This document shows positions 1 through 10,067 of a stretch of 64,000 nt of DNA, one piece after another. The position numbers and the translations under genes are program-made. The first letter of the stretch is position 1, and each line of letters opens with the position of its first letter. Source of the stretch: Hormoscilla sp. (GTDB taxonomy: Bacteria; Cyanobacteriota; Cyanobacteriia; Cyanobacteriales; Desertifilaceae); contig JBFRWI010000070.1 of the NCBI GenBank assembly GCA_051439505.1, forward strand, positions 21,906 through 85,905. The letters run 5' to 3'. Under the pieces are notes generated by a model. The model saw nothing but the letters and a program-made list of their open reading frames with translations, searched no databases and was not told the DNA's origin.

Positions 1-1976
1 ATATCCGCCTGCGGGATGGGAGGTTTGTTATTGAAAGAGCAGGTCCGGAAACAAATTGGAAATATTCTACATATAATGTGGACGATCGGGGAAAGAGAGC
101 AGAGTTGCTCAGATCGGGAGATGAACGGTACGATCCGCGAACAAGGCCGTGGTACAAAGCGGCAGTAGCGGCAGGAAAAACCACATGGACCAATGTGGAA
201 GTATGGAAAAACCAAAAGACGCTGTACATTGATGCGGTGCAACCGGTATATAATAGTAAGAAAGAATTGGTGGGAGTGCTGGATGCAGGGTTTACTCTAG
301 AACAAATAGGGTATTTTTTACAGAGTCTGAAAATCGGGAAAACGGGACAGACGTTCATCATCGATCGTGGGGGTTTGATAATAGCAAATTCGACGCAAGA
401 GTTGCCATTTGTAGAGGGAGAGGAAGGGGAACTAGAAAGGATTTATGCGGTAGATAGTAGGGATCGTTTGACGAGGGGAACGGCGGAGTATTTAACAGAT
501 AAGTTTAAGAGCCTGACGAAGATAGTCGCCAGCGAACAGTTAAGCTTCAATCTGGAGGGAGAACGGCAATTTCTGCAAGTAAGGCCGTTTAAGGACGATC
601 GGGGACTGGACTGGTTGATTGTGGTGGTGATTCCCGAAGCAGACTTCATGGAGCAGATTAATGCAAACACCCGCAACACAATAGCCCTGACGGTTGTAGC
701 ATTGTTAGTGGCCCTAGGAGTGGGAATCATCACGGCATACGGGATCAGTAACCCAATTAGACGGTTGAACGACGCAAGTAAGGCGATCGCCAGTGGGGAA
801 TTGGACCAACAAGTAGAAGTGGAAAGGATCTATGTAGATGAACTAGGCAGTTTAGGTTCCTCGTTTAACCAAATGGCCTTGCAGTTGCGAGAGTCCTTCG
901 AGGTGCTAGAGGACAGGGTGCAGGAACGGACGGTGCAGTTAGAGGAAGCGAGAATAGCGGCAGAAAAGGCCAAAAGTGCCCTGCAACAGGGAGTGATGAA
1001 TCTCCTGTTGGAAATAGAAGGGGCACAAAGAGGAGATTTGACAGTGCGTGCGGAAGTGACGGAGGGTGCTGTAGGTTCGATCGCTGACGCTTTTAATAGT
1101 ACGGTCGGGAGTCTGCGAAATATAGTGTTGCAGGTGCAAAAGGTGGCAAACCAGGTGAACGATCTGGCCGATAGAAGTGCCCCCTCAATGGAGCAATTGT
1201 CTACAGACGCAGTCAGGCAGGCGTCGGAAATTAATTATACCTTGAGGAAGGTGGCAGAAATTGGGGAGTCGATTCAAAGAGTGGCCTCCTCGGCCAGGGA
1301 GGGAGCCGCGATCGCTCAAGCGGGGGCCAAGACAGCCCGAGAAGGACAAGAGGTGATGGATCAGACGGTGCAGAGCATCGAAAATATCCGGACTGCTGTG
1401 GAAGAGACGGGCCAAAAAGTGGACCGGCTGACGGAGTCTTTCCAGCAAATTCAGCAAATCTTGAAGACGATTTCTGGGATCTCGGAACGGACTAATCTGG
1501 TGGCTTATAATGCCTCGATCGAAGCCTCCCGGGCGGGAGAACTCGGAGTTGGCTTCCGAGTTGTGGCTGAAGAGGTGCGTCGGCTAGCAGGAGGGGTGAC
1601 GGACGCTACCAAGCAGATCGAGAAGATTGTCGAAGTTATTCAAAAGGAAACGGTAGAGGTGCGATCGGCCATGGAAACAGGAACGGCAGAAGTGGCATCT
1701 GGAACTCAATTGGTAGACAAAACTAAGCAGATTTTGCAAGGGTTGGCAGATATCAGTAAAAAGATCGACCTGTATATGGAATCGATATCGAAAAATACGG
1801 CCAACCAAGCAGATGCTTCTCAGGATGTCAACCAGATGATGGAACAGGTGGCCAATATTACTTCCGATAGTTCTAGCAAAGCTCAAAATGTAACGGATTC
1901 TTTGCAAGATTTGGTGACGGTGGCAAAAAGTTTGCAGAAGTCAGTCTCCCGGTTCCGCTTAGAAAAGAAATCATAG
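1..1976 (+). CDS. Methyl-accepting chemotaxis protein (dCache, TM, HAMP, MCP signalling domain); 5' end lies outside the window
   Basis: Frame is open from position 3. dCache motif [11 protein letters not shown] segment, HAMP ([13 protein letters not shown]), MCP hairpin [33 protein letters not shown]. Confidence 0.93.
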   Translation, partial: IRLRDGRFVIERAGPETNWKYSTYNVDDRGKRAELLRSGDERYDPRTRPWYKAAVAAGKTTWTNVEVWKNQKTLYIDAVQPVYNSKKELVGVLDAGFTLEQIGYFLQSLKIGKTGQTFIIDRGGLIIANSTQELPFVEGEEGELERIYAVDSRDRLTRGTAEYLTDKFKSLTKIVASEQLSFNLEGERQFLQVRPFKDDRGLDWLIVVVIPEADFMEQINANTRNTIALTVVALLVALGVGIITAYGISNPIRRLNDASKAIASGELDQQVEVERIYVDELGSLGSSFNQMALQLRESFEVLEDRVQERTVQLEEARIAAEKAKSALQQGVMNLLLEIEGAQRGDLTVRAEVTEGAVGSIADAFNSTVGSLRNIVLQVQKVANQVNDLADRSAPSMEQLSTDAVRQASEINYTLRKVAEIGESIQRVASSAREGAAIAQAGAKTAREGQEVMDQTVQSIENIRTAVEETGQKVDRLTESFQQIQQILKTISGISERTNLVAYNASIEASRAGELGVGFRVVAEEVRRLAGGVTDATKQIEKIVEVIQKETVEVRSAMETGTAEVASGTQLVDKTKQILQGLADISKKIDLYMESISKNTANQADASQDVNQMMEQVANITSDSSSKAQNVTDSLQDLVTVAKSLQKSVSRFRLEKKS

Positions 1977-2029
1977 TCAGCTGTTAATGGAGAGCAATTG
2001 TCAAGTGTAACGAATCAGGAGGAATTAAT

Positions 2030-4771
2030 ATGAGTTACGCAATAGATCCGGCAGTATTAGAGGCGATCGCTCAAGAGGCGAAGCAGAGTTTTTTAGAGGA
2101 AGATGCCCCAGGATATCTGGAAACATTGCAAGAAGGTTTGCAGCAGATAGATGGGTCTCCAGATTACAAGGTATTGATGCGGGCGGCACACTCAGTTAAG
2201 GGTGGTGCGGCAATAGCGCAGATGCCAGGGTTGAGCAAGCTGGCTCACAAGTTGGAAGACTTGTTGGAAGGATTTAACCACCAACAGGTAAAGGATCTAG
2301 AGTTGGGTAAAAACCTACTGCAACAGGGATTGGAAGAACTAGCTTTTATGCTGTCAGAAGCTCTGCGTTCGGAGTCGGACGTGGAGGCTGACTCACAATT
2401 GTTAGAAATGCTAGATATATTTAATAGCAGTCTGCAAGAAGAAACATCATTAGAAGAGTCGAAACAGGAAAAGACGCGATCGCCCGGGAAGGTGGGACTG
2501 ATAAAAACAGCCCTGGAATCGGATTTAGAGGAATGTCTGACAACAGCAGAAAAGATTTTACAAGAGTCAACAGCGCCGTCAGATATATTGGACGGGATGA
2601 TGACCTTGGTAGATGAATGCATGTTGCTGGGAGAAGCATTCGATCTGCCTTGGTTAGTGGAAGCGATCGCGCCCCTAGCCGAAGCGGTGGATAAATCACC
2701 TCCAGATTCAGGTCTGGGAAAATTGGCGTCAGAAACAATCGCCAAGGTGCGATCGCAACGAGCCCAGTTTATCGAAGAAATCAGCAGTCCGACTCCGCCA
2801 GCAAAGGAAACAGCGGACCACCGAACAGATACAGTAGACCAAAAACCAGCTTCAGAGAGTGGGGAAGCAAATGTAGCAAAAACACCCAACTCTCCAGCGG
2901 GAGGACAGGGTGGAGGAGCTGCTGCTCCCTCCCAACTACGGATCCCACTGGAACGGATCGACGAGATGGGTAGTATTGTTGGGGAATTGATTACCTCTCA
3001 CGAACGGTTGACTATCCAACAACAACAAATCAAACAAGCAAGCCAGAATCTCAGACGGATAGTCGATCAAGTAAAGCCAGTCCACGACCAGGTGCGGGTG
3101 CTCTACGATCAAATGTTAACGGTAACGGCGGCAAATACGATAACAGATCCAGCTCAGAGTATGGGAGAGTTCGACTCTCTGGAGATGGACCGCTATACGG
3201 CCCTGCATAGTAGTTTGCAGACCTTTGAGGAACTGATCACCCAGATTCAAGAAACTCGTGTAGACATCGATTTGGTCAGCGGAGAGTTAGCACAAGAACT
3301 CAACCAAGTGCGGGTGGAACTGACCAGACTCTACAGCGACGTGACTGAGTCGCGCTTGGTGCCTTTTCAAACCTTTGCTCAGCGGTTTTTGCCCCAGTTG
3401 AATCGTCTGACTCAGCGGCTGGGCAAGTCGGCGCAATTGGAGATCGAGGGGGAAAATGTGTTAGTCGATAAGGTGCTAATCGAGCAACTCCAGACTCCGC
3501 TCACCCATTTATTAAATAATGCCTTAGACCACGCGATCGAATTGCCCGGGGAACGGGTGGCTCTGGACAAACCAGCAACAGCAAAAATTCAGTTAGGAGC
3601 GAAAACCCAGGGCAATGAAGTGGTGGTTACGTTTACCGATGACGGGCGGGGCATTGACCTGAAGAAGATTTATCAGAAGGCGATCGACAAGGGCCTGTGC
3701 GATCCAGATCGGTCGATGAATCAGTTGCGCAGGGAAGAGATTCTGAATTTTATTTTCCAATCGGGATTTTCGACTTCTGCTCAGGTGAGCGATGTCTCTG
3801 GTAGAGGCGTGGGGCTGGATATCGTGAAGACTCAGGTGCAACAATTGCGAGGCAGTCTGGAATGCGATACTCGTCCGGGACAAGGTACGACTTTTACGAT
3901 CCGCTTACCCCTGAGTTTATCGTTTTTATCTTTGTTGCTCTGTCAGGTAGGGCAGCAAATGGTGGCAATTCCCACAGATAGCATCTTGGAGGTTATTCCC
4001 TATAATGATATGCTGCCCGTGCTCCAGCAGCATATCTCTTCGGTGACTTGGCGCGAACAGTTGTTGCCTTTGAGGTCTTTGACCTCGCTGTTGCCCTACA
4101 ACAATGCGATCGGTTCTTCAGCATCAGTCACCCCGAAAGTGGCTTTGATTGTCAATGGTTCTGATTCTCCGATGGCCGTGACGGTGGACGCAATTGTAGA
4201 CGAACGCCAACTGATTATCAAATCCTTTGATGATACGGTGCCAGTGCCTCCTTACATTGCTGGCTGTACAATTTTGGGGACGGGGGAGGCGGTGCCAGTG
4301 GTGCTGCCACGGTTCCTGAAGCCTCAAGGGGGTAAGCAAGGGAGTCAGCAAAGCTCCAAAGAAGCAACCCAGACACGGCCAAATAGAATCACTAATCGTA
4401 CTATCCTGGTAGCGGAAGACTCGACAGGGGCACGACGTTCTATAGAACGGATCTTAACCCAGGCCGGTTTTGCAGTGATTGCCTGTCGGGATGGACAAGA
4501 AGCCTTAGAAGAATTGCTGCGACGCCAGGGGGGGATAGATTTAGTGCTTTCTGATGTAGAAATGCCCCAACTTAATGGCTTTGATTTGCTTCAAAAGATT
4601 CGTACTCACTCCTTCTGGTACTCTTTACCCGTGGTGATGCTGACCTCGCGCACGGGCGATCGGCATCGGCAAAAAGCTATGAGTCTGGGCGCTAATGACT
4701 ATCTGGGCAAACCTATTACTCCTGTTGAGTTATTGACTGGAATTGATGCTTTAATTCCTGCTTCGGCCTGA
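2030..4771 (+). CDS. cheA: CheA-like hybrid chemosensory kinase (Hpt, HATPase, CheW, REC), Pil/Chp type
   Basis: Hpt AAHSVKGGA, N-box HLLNNALDHAIE, DDGRGID, GFST..VSDVSGRGVGLD, CheW domain, C-terminal REC (LSDVEMP). Follows the MCP gene. Confidence 0.93.
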   Translation: MSYAIDPAVLEAIAQEAKQSFLEEDAPGYLETLQEGLQQIDGSPDYKVLMRAAHSVKGGAAIAQMPGLSKLAHKLEDLLEGFNHQQVKDLELGKNLLQQGLEELAFMLSEALRSESDVEADSQLLEMLDIFNSSLQEETSLEESKQEKTRSPGKVGLIKTALESDLEECLTTAEKILQESTAPSDILDGMMTLVDECMLLGEAFDLPWLVEAIAPLAEAVDKSPPDSGLGKLASETIAKVRSQRAQFIEEISSPTPPAKETADHRTDTVDQKPASESGEANVAKTPNSPAGGQGGGAAAPSQLRIPLERIDEMGSIVGELITSHERLTIQQQQIKQASQNLRRIVDQVKPVHDQVRVLYDQMLTVTAANTITDPAQSMGEFDSLEMDRYTALHSSLQTFEELITQIQETRVDIDLVSGELAQELNQVRVELTRLYSDVTESRLVPFQTFAQRFLPQLNRLTQRLGKSAQLEIEGENVLVDKVLIEQLQTPLTHLLNNALDHAIELPGERVALDKPATAKIQLGAKTQGNEVVVTFTDDGRGIDLKKIYQKAIDKGLCDPDRSMNQLRREEILNFIFQSGFSTSAQVSDVSGRGVGLDIVKTQVQQLRGSLECDTRPGQGTTFTIRLPLSLSFLSLLLCQVGQQMVAIPTDSILEVIPYNDMLPVLQQHISSVTWREQLLPLRSLTSLLPYNNAIGSSASVTPKVALIVNGSDSPMAVTVDAIVDERQLIIKSFDDTVPVPPYIAGCTILGTGEAVPVVLPRFLKPQGGKQGSQQSSKEATQTRPNRITNRTILVAEDSTGARRSIERILTQAGFAVIACRDGQEALEELLRRQGGIDLVLSDVEMPQLNGFDLLQKIRTHSFWYSLPVVMLTSRTGDRHRQKAMSLGANDYLGKPITPVELLTGIDALIPASA

Positions 4772-4927
4772 GTCGTACCCGCTCGGCATTTAGCTCATTT
4801 GCTGACCGGGTCCGATCGCCGGCTCGGACTGACCCGTTTTGTGCTATGCTTTCACTAACCACATCTGGGCTTTAAGGCCGGGAGTTTGCTAAACTTGAAA
4901 TTGATAGATTGATTCATAAGTTTACTA

Positions 4928-6232
4928 ATGACAGCTACTCAAGTTGCTTCTCGTTCCCTCGTGGAAATTGCCCAGCTCACCCGACAAGCGGCCCGTCAAC
5001 TGGCAGGACTTTCTACGGCAGATAAGGATCGGGCGATCGAGGCGATCGCCCTGGCCCTAGAATCATCCGCTGCCGACATCGTTGCTGCCAACGTCGCCGA
5101 CTGCCAAGCTGCAACAGCGGCGGGCATTGCCAAACCCCTCTATAACCGGCTGAAGCTGGACGAAACTAAACTCAAAGCCAATATTGCTGGGGTGCGAGAT
5201 GTCAAACGCCTAGCAGATCCAGTGGGTGTGGTGCAAATTCATCGGGAACTGGACAGCGGACTGATCCTGAAGCGGGTTACTTGTCCTCTGGGTGTCTTGG
5301 GGATTATTTTTGAAGCCCGTCCGGAAGCGGCAATTCAAATATCTGCCCTGGCAATTAAATCTGGTAATGGTGTTATTCTCAAAGGTGGCAAAGAAGCTAC
5401 TCGCTCCTGTGAAGCAATAGTCAAAGCTATCCGTCAGGGATTAGCTCAAACAGCCGTTAACCCAGAGGCAGTGCAACTGCTGACGACAAGAGCGGAAACG
5501 ATGGAACTCTTGAAATTAGATCGATACGTTGACTTGATTATTCCCAGAGGTTCCAATTCCTTCGTGCAGTTCGTGCAGGATAATACCCGCATTCCCGTAC
5601 TAGGACATGCTGAGGGTATTTGTCACGTTTATGTAGATAAAGCTGCCGATATCCAGAAGGCTGTTGCTATTACCGTCGATGCCAAAACTCAGTATCCCGC
5701 TGCTTGTAATGCGATGGAAACTCTCCTCGTTCACCAGGACATGGCCCCAGAGTTTTTACCCCTTGCCGCTCAGGCAATGCTTGCAGAACATGTTAAACTC
5801 AAGGGATGCGATCGCACTTGCGCGATGCTCGATATTGCAGCAGCGACAGCAGCAGACTGGGCAACCGAATACAGCGATTTGATTCTCTCGATCAAAATTG
5901 TGGATTCTCTGGCAGAGGCAATTGACCACATCAACAGCTATGGTTCCAAGCATACCGATGTCATTGTCACGGAAGACCCTGCTGCTGCCACGACATTTGG
6001 AAATCAAATTGATGCTGCTGGAGTATTTCATAACTGTTCTACTCGCTTTTCTGATGGCTTCCGCTATGGCTTTGGTGCGGAGGTGGGAATTAGCACCCAA
6101 CAAATGCCTCCTCGCGGTCCTGTGGGGTTAGAAGGGCTGGTAACCTATAAATATCAGATCGCGGGTGACGGTCACATTGCCGCCACCTACACGGGGGCGA
6201 ATGCTAAACCTTTTACTCATAAAGATTTGTAA
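4928..6232 (+). CDS. proA: Gamma-glutamyl phosphate reductase
   Basis: [54 protein letters not shown]. Confidence 0.97.
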   Translation: MTATQVASRSLVEIAQLTRQAARQLAGLSTADKDRAIEAIALALESSAADIVAANVADCQAATAAGIAKPLYNRLKLDETKLKANIAGVRDVKRLADPVGVVQIHRELDSGLILKRVTCPLGVLGIIFEARPEAAIQISALAIKSGNGVILKGGKEATRSCEAIVKAIRQGLAQTAVNPEAVQLLTTRAETMELLKLDRYVDLIIPRGSNSFVQFVQDNTRIPVLGHAEGICHVYVDKAADIQKAVAITVDAKTQYPAACNAMETLLVHQDMAPEFLPLAAQAMLAEHVKLKGCDRTCAMLDIAAATAADWATEYSDLILSIKIVDSLAEAIDHINSYGSKHTDVIVTEDPAAATTFGNQIDAAGVFHNCSTRFSDGFRYGFGAEVGISTQQMPPRGPVGLEGLVTYKYQIAGDGHIAATYTGANAKPFTHKDL

Positions 6233-6235
6233 TTG

Positions 6236-6434
6236 GTAGGGTGGGCACCGCCCACCGATTTCCGATAATCTTGTGAAAAGAATTGGGAATTAGTAGGGTG
6301 GGCACCGCCCACCGATTTCCGATAATCTTGTGAAAAGAATTGGGAATTAGTAGGGTGGGCACCGCCCACCGATTTCTGATAATCTTGTGAAAAGAATTGG
6401 GAATTAGTAGGGTGGGCACCGCCCACCGATTTCT
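6236..6434 (+). repeat. 57-bp tandem array (3.5 units), each unit headed by the GTAG-type REP hairpin GTAGGGTGGGCACCGCCCACC
   Basis: REP starts at 6236, 6293, 6350 and 6407; the intervening sequences are near-identical. Confidence 0.92.
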
Positions 6435-6469
6435 GGGAAGAACGTTACCCGCCAGTCGTTGCTTTGAGG

Positions 6470-6616
6470 ATCTCTCTTGAACCTCAAAAGCTCTCCCTTG
6501 AGCCTCAGAAGCTCACAGTTGAGGCACTAGAAGCTGAAAGTTGAGCTTCTGAAGCTCACAGTTGAGGCACTAGAAGCTGAAACTTGAGCTTCTGAAGCTC
6601 AAGTCTCAGGTTGAGA
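6470..6616. repeat. Degenerate ~21-bp-unit repeat containing a near-exact 43-bp duplication
   Basis: gaagctcacagttgaggcactagaagctgaaa at 6508 and 6551; recurring ttgag...gaagct subunits. Confidence 0.75.
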
Positions 6617-6661
6617 TCGCTTAACAATTAGCAAAATAATACCAACCATCATCCCCAAAAT

Positions 6662-7690
6662 ATGCAACGTCTTTTTATTAAGCGAAAAATAAAGTTAGCA
6701 AGTAAAAGGGCACTGGTAAGGCTAGCCATTCTCGGTGTCATGCTCTCGATTATAGTAGGAGGAGTTTGGTTCGTGATGATTAAAATGCCAGGAAAAAGCT
6801 ACGCCGGTGAGTTGCCACCGCTGACGCCACAGGAACAACTGTTGCAAGAGCAACTGCGCGTCGATGTTACCCAAATTGGCAGCTCAGAGCACAACTATGT
6901 GTTCTACGACCAGCTATTGGAAACTGCTGACTTTCTGTCAAGTGAGTTGGCGGCTGCTGGGTATGAGGTAAACCGCCAAGGATATGAAGTGAATAAACAA
7001 TTATTCGAGAACCTGGAAACGGAACTTCCGGGCACGGATAAAGCTGATGAAATTATTGTTATTGGCGCTCATTATGACTCGGTAGTCGGGGCTCCAGGGG
7101 CTAATGATAACGGCACAGGTGCGGCGGCGGTATTGGCGTTGGCGAGGGCGTTTAGGCAGAAACCCACTTCCCGGACTCTGCGGTTTGTGGAGTTTGTGAA
7201 TGAGGAACCGCCTTTTTTCTGGACGGAAAATATGGGCAGTCTGGTTTATGCTAAAGCATGCCGCGACTGGGGAGACAATATTGTCGCTATGTTCAGCCTA
7301 GAAACTATGGGTTACTTCTCCGACGCGCCGGGAAGTCAAGAATACCCATTTCCCTTAAACCTAACCTATCCCTTGACTGGCAATTTTATCGCTTTTGTGG
7401 GTAATATGGATTCTGGTAAGCTGCTGCGCAATGCGATCGGCTCTTTCCGCCGCCATACCCAGTTTCCCTCTGAGGGTGCGGTTCTCACCAATGCGCTTTC
7501 TGGTGTTGGCTGGTCAGATAACTGGTCGTTTTGGCAACAAGGTTATCCTGCTATTATGGTGACAGATACCGCTCCTTTTCGCTATCCTTACTACCATACA
7601 GCAGAAGATACCCCCGATAAGGTAGATTATGCTAGGCTAGCACGAGTGGTGGCTGGTCTGGAGCGGGTCATCGCTGAACTAGGGTCTTAA
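6662..7690 (+). CDS. M28-family metallopeptidase with N-terminal membrane anchor
   Basis: IGAHYDS, GANDNGTG, NEEPP, SLETMG, YYHTAEDT. Confidence 0.88.
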   Translation: MQRLFIKRKIKLASKRALVRLAILGVMLSIIVGGVWFVMIKMPGKSYAGELPPLTPQEQLLQEQLRVDVTQIGSSEHNYVFYDQLLETADFLSSELAAAGYEVNRQGYEVNKQLFENLETELPGTDKADEIIVIGAHYDSVVGAPGANDNGTGAAAVLALARAFRQKPTSRTLRFVEFVNEEPPFFWTENMGSLVYAKACRDWGDNIVAMFSLETMGYFSDAPGSQEYPFPLNLTYPLTGNFIAFVGNMDSGKLLRNAIGSFRRHTQFPSEGAVLTNALSGVGWSDNWSFWQQGYPAIMVTDTAPFRYPYYHTAEDTPDKVDYARLARVVAGLERVIAELGS

Positions 7691-7721
7691 TTTTTTCCAA
7701 CAGTAGAGAGGTGAGAAGTGT

Positions 7722-8309
7722 TTAATTCAGTGTATATTTGTCGAAGGTAAAGATGAAAACAAAATTGAATTACTTTGAAAACCTCTGGTAATATCGGGAA
7801 TTCAAATTCAAGTTGCTGAAGGTGCAGATAATTTACGCTTATTTGTGGAAATGTTGACAATAGATGCCAATTTTCATACAGTGACATCGCTAGGAATTGT
7901 TAGGGATGCAGATGAAAACGCGGCCAGGAAATTTCAGAGTGTATGTGATGCTCTAAGAAATGCAAATTTGCCATTTCCCAGCGAACAGATAAGGCCGACA
8001 GGCGATCGACCGCAAGTAAGCGTTATAATTCTGCCAGATACCACAAGTCCAGGAACGTTAGAAACACTGTGCTTGCGAACAGTTAGCGAAGACCCAGTGA
8101 TGAGTTGTATCGAGGAATATTTCGACTGCGTGCAGCAACGGGTGGCCAAACCGCCCAAAAGTAAAGATATGGATAAAGCTAAAGTGAAGGTGTTTTTGGC
8201 TTCAAGAGAGGATCCGACATTGCTGCTGGGACAAGCGCGAGAGCGGAAATACTGGAATTGGGATAGCCCTGCCCTCTCTCCAGTAAAAGAATTTATGCAA
8301 GCACTATAG
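7722..8309 (+). pseudogene. DUF3226-like (TOPRIM-related) protein interrupted by an in-frame TGA at 7776
   Basis: The same frame reads IFVEGKDE...LL*KPLVISGIQIQ...LGIVRDAD...GTLETL...KAKV..FL. No ATG/GTG/TTG between the upstream stop at 7704 and the VEGKDE motif. Confidence 0.6.
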
Positions 8310-8331
8310 ATGAAAATCAAGTTAAAGTATC

Positions 8332-8430
8332 GTGGATGGCATGCATATGACAGGTATTAGCTGTGATGGTAACACCGGTATATTGCCGGAAGAACGGATG
8401 CTGGGATAATGGTTTGAGGTAGACTTGACG
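8332..8430 (+). pseudogene. Decayed duplicate of the first 33 codons of folB
   Basis: Reads VDGMHMTGISCDGNTGILPEERMLG*WFEVDLT versus folB MDCIHVTGIRCYGYTGLLPEEQVLGQWFEVDLT; about 18 mismatches in 99 nt by manual count. Confidence 0.85.
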
Positions 8431-8464
8431 TTAAACTAGAGATGAAGTCTGGAGTCAAAAGCTG

Positions 8465-8857
8465 ATGGATTGTATTCACGTGACAGGCATTCGCTGCTAT
8501 GGTTACACCGGTCTATTGCCAGAAGAGCAGGTGCTGGGACAATGGTTTGAGGTAGACTTGACCTTATGGCTGGATTTGTTGCCAGCTGGCGAAAGTGACG
8601 CGATCGCAGATACGATAGATTACGGCAAAGCAGTGCAGACGGTACAGCAGTTGGTGAAAACATCCAAGTTTGCTTTGATAGAACGGTTGGCAAAGGCGAT
8701 CGCAGATGCTATCCTAGAAATGGAGGAACATTCGTCCAACCAGAGCCGTCTACAGCAAGTGAAAGTCCACTTAACCAAAGTATCACCCCCGATACCGGAC
8801 TTTGGCGGTCACGTCAGTATTGAACTGACAAGGGTAAATCCGAAATTTTCTCTTTAG
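8465..8857 (+). CDS. folB: Dihydroneopterin aldolase
   Basis: GYTGLLPEEQVLGQWFEVD, DTIDY, LIERLA, VHLTKVSPPI. Confidence 0.93.
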   Translation: MDCIHVTGIRCYGYTGLLPEEQVLGQWFEVDLTLWLDLLPAGESDAIADTIDYGKAVQTVQQLVKTSKFALIERLAKAIADAILEMEEHSSNQSRLQQVKVHLTKVSPPIPDFGGHVSIELTRVNPKFSL

Positions 8858-9091
8858 TGCCAAAGGCTTGGCTACAAGGGAGATTGCACCTTCTCCGGTC
8901 TGCCGGATGGTGAGAAAAGCCCCAAGCGATAGTACGGTTGCACCCACTTGGCGGGAAAAGTTGAGCTGTTAGATTAAATGTACGCACATAACCACCCTCT
9001 TCGGTGCAGCCGTAACTAGCATAGATAACCAAGGGCGGCTTCAACCAGAACGGTAGGAGACCGCCGCCGCAAAAATGTATGAGGTACTAAG

Positions 9092-9442
9092 ATGAACAAC
9101 CCATCCGATCGCAACCCAGAATTATTTGACAGCGACGCCGAGCCCAACAACAATAACATACTATGGCAGTATGTCCAGTCTCTCAGTCCAGAAACGGTGG
9201 CGCAACTGTCAAAACCGACATCTCAAGAAGTTTTCCAGGTGATGGAGCACAATATTGTCGGCTTACTAGGCCACTTGCCTTCAGAACACTTCGGTGTTAC
9301 AGTGACTACAAATCGTGAAAACCTAGGTAGATTATTAGCTTCGGCGATGATGAGTGGGTACTTTCTGCGTAATGCGGAGCAGCGCCTGACTTTTGAAAAG
9401 TCTTTGCAAATGGCCCCGACTAATAATCCTGAGAATGAATAG
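9092..9442 (+). CDS. DUF760 family protein
   Basis: LWQYVQSLSPE, GLLGHLPSEHF, ENLGRLLASAMMSGYFLRNAEQR. Confidence 0.85.
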   Translation: MNNPSDRNPELFDSDAEPNNNNILWQYVQSLSPETVAQLSKPTSQEVFQVMEHNIVGLLGHLPSEHFGVTVTTNRENLGRLLASAMMSGYFLRNAEQRLTFEKSLQMAPTNNPENE

Positions 9443-9475
9443 GTAGCCAGTTGTCAAACTCGCCGAGGTAGAGTC

Positions 9476-9513
9476 TCGGCAGACTACACTAAAGTCTGCC
9501 GACTTTATCGTTT
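9476..9513 (+). terminator. Probable intrinsic terminator hairpin
   Basis: tcggcagact/agtctgccga 10-bp stem followed by ctttatcgttt. Confidence 0.5.
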
Positions 9514-9573
9514 GTAGGTTGTTAGTGGTCAGCGGTCAGTTGTAAGTTGTTAATTGGGAATTGGGAATTGTTA

Positions 9574-9996
9574 ATGGGTGAGACTTCTTCTTCTTTGCCT
9601 CATAAGTCGATCGGGGTTGCTGCGATCTGGAACGCAGATGGACAAATTCTGATTGACCGACGACGCCAGTCAGGAACCATGGGAGGTCTTTGGGAGTTCC
9701 CAGGTGGTAAACTGGAGGCGGGTGAAACATTCCCAGAATGCATTAAGCGAGAAATATTAGAAGAGTTGGCAATTGAAATTGAAGTGGGCGATCGCCTAAT
9801 TACTATCGACCACAGTTACAGCGACTTCCGCGTCACCCTAAATGTATATCACTGTCGCCACATTAGCGGGGTTCCTCAGACGATCGAATGCGATGAAGTT
9901 CGTTGGGTAACCTTAGATGAAATTGACCAGTTTACCTTTCCCGAAGCAAATTTACAGATTATCGATGCCCTACGAAAATATGTGAAGGACAGGTAA
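9574..9996 (+). CDS. mutT: Nudix hydrolase, 8-oxo-dGTP diphosphatase MutT-like
   Basis: Nudix box WEFPGGKLEAGETFPECIKREILEELAI, FPEAN. ATG at 9574 preferred over the upstream TTG. Confidence 0.85.
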   Translation: MGETSSSLPHKSIGVAAIWNADGQILIDRRRQSGTMGGLWEFPGGKLEAGETFPECIKREILEELAIEIEVGDRLITIDHSYSDFRVTLNVYHCRHISGVPQTIECDEVRWVTLDEIDQFTFPEANLQIIDALRKYVKDR

Positions 9997-10067
9997 AATG
10001 GAGAATTGAGTAATTGTTAATGGAGAAGGTAATTAGCAACAAAAAATGAATCCTAACAGCGATCGCC

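Noticed and set aside
6213..6426. 68-69-aa ORFs with 19-aa repeats
   Set aside because: Translations of the non-coding 57-bp tandem repeat.
6236..6434. CRISPR array
   Set aside because: The spacers are essentially identical, the repeat is a dispersed REP hairpin, and no cas genes are present.
8332..8563. DGR template/variable repeat pair
   Set aside because: Mismatches are not adenine-specific, the copy is at a 5' end, and no reverse transcriptase is present.
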